DNA of 25,779 nucleotides. Origin: a virus. Its lineage: Duplodnaviria > Caudoviricetes. A program made the position numbers and the translations under genes. Below, piece after piece: positions 24,731 through 25,779 of this stretch (position 1 is its first letter; each line of letters begins with the position of its first letter). The stretch lies in the IMG/VR virus record IMGVR_UViG_3300005758_000073, positions 1-25,779 of that record. One strand, written 5' to 3'. The notes beneath the pieces were generated by a model. The model saw only the letters and a program-made list of their open reading frames with translations, made no database searches and was not told the origin of the DNA.

Positions 24731-24782
24731 TGTAGCGAGCTCCTTTTAACTATGTATGCCTTTGAGAATTGAAAAACTAGCC

Positions 24783-24811
24783 AAAAGAAAAGGGCATACG
24801 CCCTTTTCTTT
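24783..24811 (-). terminator. Rho-independent terminator (potentially bidirectional)
   Basis: AAAGAAAAGGGC-GTAT-GCCCTTTTCTTT. Confidence 0.8.
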
Positions 24812-24826
24812 ATCTTGATTACCGTA

Positions 24827-25018
24827 TTATGTAGCGTACGGTGTTGTTCTACCGCCAAAGTTAGAACTTAGGCTAATAGCACCTGTGCTGATACCTACAT
24901 AAGGTCCAAGAGTGCCACGCAATGCTACGCTTGATCCTGCGCTTGGAGTTGTGTTTCCATAACCCTTACGCACGTTTGTAAACGTAATTGCTGATCCAGT
25001 TGCTGGAAGGATTGCCAT
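24827..25018 (-). CDS. Small tail-fibre-associated protein (fibre tip/cap-like)
   Basis: 63 aa 'MAILPATGSAITFTNV...GAISLSSNFGG'; AGGAG RBS; follows the tail fibre gene. Confidence 0.7.
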   Translation of the reverse strand: MAILPATGSAITFTNVRKGYGNTTPSAGSSVALRGTLGPYVGISTGAISLSSNFGGRTTPYAT

Positions 25019-25047
25019 AATTTAGTCTCCTATCTAGTTACCAGATC

Positions 25048-25779
25048 TTAAAGTTCTGTCTTAGCCGAACCACCCAACTTTGCAATTTCTGCTCTTAGAG
25101 CATCAATTTGTAGTTGTTGCGCTTTCACTGCCTCGAGTAGTAAAGCTGTCAACTTGTCATACTTAACAGTCTTGTAACCAGCAAATGCACTTGGTGTTAC
25201 CAATTGTGGCAATACTGCTTCAACTTCTTGAGCAATAACACCAACTTCTTCTTTGTCGGTAACGCCTAATGCTAACGCTGTTTCGTTTGGACGGAAAGTA
25301 ACACCACGTAAGCTCATTACCTTGGCAATAGGATCTGTAATTTCTACGATATCCTTTTTCAAGTTTTTGTCTGAGTAATAAGCTGTAATTTCACCAGTTG
25401 CTGTAATAGCACCAGATACTGTTAAAGCACCTGTACTCATTGCACGACTTGTACTTGCACCACGAGCTACTACTGCATCCAATGTACTTGTTTCAGTGTA
25501 ACCAGTAATAAAACCAGCACCGTTAGTCAATTGGTTAGTGTTAGTTGGAATTGTAATTACACCAGTTGTGCTGTTGTAACCACCGCTACCAGCTGTAAAG
25601 CTTAATGCGGCTCTTGCACGAGCATCTGTATAATACAAGTTTGAACCTTCACTGATACCACTTGTACTTGGAGTTGTATAGCTGAATACACCAGTTGTAC
25701 TGTTGTATGACAAGCTACCACCTGCACTTACTGCGGCACGAGCGCGAGCATTTGTAAAGTATAAGTTTGTTGCACCTTC
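25048..25779 (-). CDS. Tail fibre protein, C-terminal part, with Peptidase S74 intramolecular chaperone (partial)
   Basis: Frame open from base 25779 (EGATNLYFTNARARAAV...); repeats EG.xNLY(F/Y)T.ARARAA and YNSTTGV; autocleavage motif 'YYSDKNLKKDI', 'GVIAQEVE', terminal coiled coil. Confidence 0.9.
   Translation of the reverse strand, partial: EGATNLYFTNARARAAVSAGGSLSYNSTTGVFSYTTPSTSGISEGSNLYYTDARARAALSFTAGSGGYNSTTGVITIPTNTNQLTNGAGFITGYTETSTLDAVVARGASTSRAMSTGALTVSGAITATGEITAYYSDKNLKKDIVEITDPIAKVMSLRGVTFRPNETALALGVTDKEEVGVIAQEVEAVLPQLVTPSAFAGYKTVKYDKLTALLLEAVKAQQLQIDALRAEIAKLGGSAKTEL

Noticed and set aside
1-25779. Stop-codon reassignment (alternative genetic code)
   Set aside because: All core genes are full length and tightly packed under code 11; TAA, TGA and TAG all appear as true stops
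1-25779. CRISPR array, tRNA genes, or DGR template/variable repeats
   Set aside because: Intergenic gaps are short; I saw no regularly spaced repeats, cloverleaf, reverse transcriptase or long near-identical repeat pair. This was by eye only, so tRNAscan and a self-dotplot would confirm.
25560-25779. Nucleotide-level repeats at the window end
   Set aside because: Explained by tail-fibre protein repeats (NLYxTxARARAA, YNSTTGV) with synonymous divergence

Overview
A 25.8 kb segment of a large T4-like (myovirus) phage genome in the standard genetic code, mostly on the minus strand. Left part, replication/recombination: a partial AAA+ ATPase that the ORF track missed, UvsY, a cupin, UvsX/RecA and gp32-like SSB. 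Middle, packaging and head: a SAM methyltransferase, terminase large and probable small subunits, acidic candidate prohead-core proteins and a gp4-like nuclease. Right part, tail and neck: two tube-fold proteins, the sheath, gp13/gp14/gp15-like proteins and the end of a tail fibre with an S74 chaperone. Enzymes are interleaved with these (dNMP kinase, permuted papain-like amidase, GNAT, Nudix, GT2). Regulatory signals are readable. There are sigma70-type promoters (one perfect TTGACA-17-TATAAT), a recurring TAAATA/TAAGTA late-promoter motif, several apparently leaderless genes, a hairpin that hides the neck-gene RBS and contains its late promoter, and TGTTG-N8-CAACA palindromes beside tandem early promoters. 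The strongest candidates for new biology are a GNAT plus permuted-papain pair in the neck operon, the occluding hairpin, and a structured RNA between the two tube genes. All protein calls come from motif recognition by eye, with no database searches.
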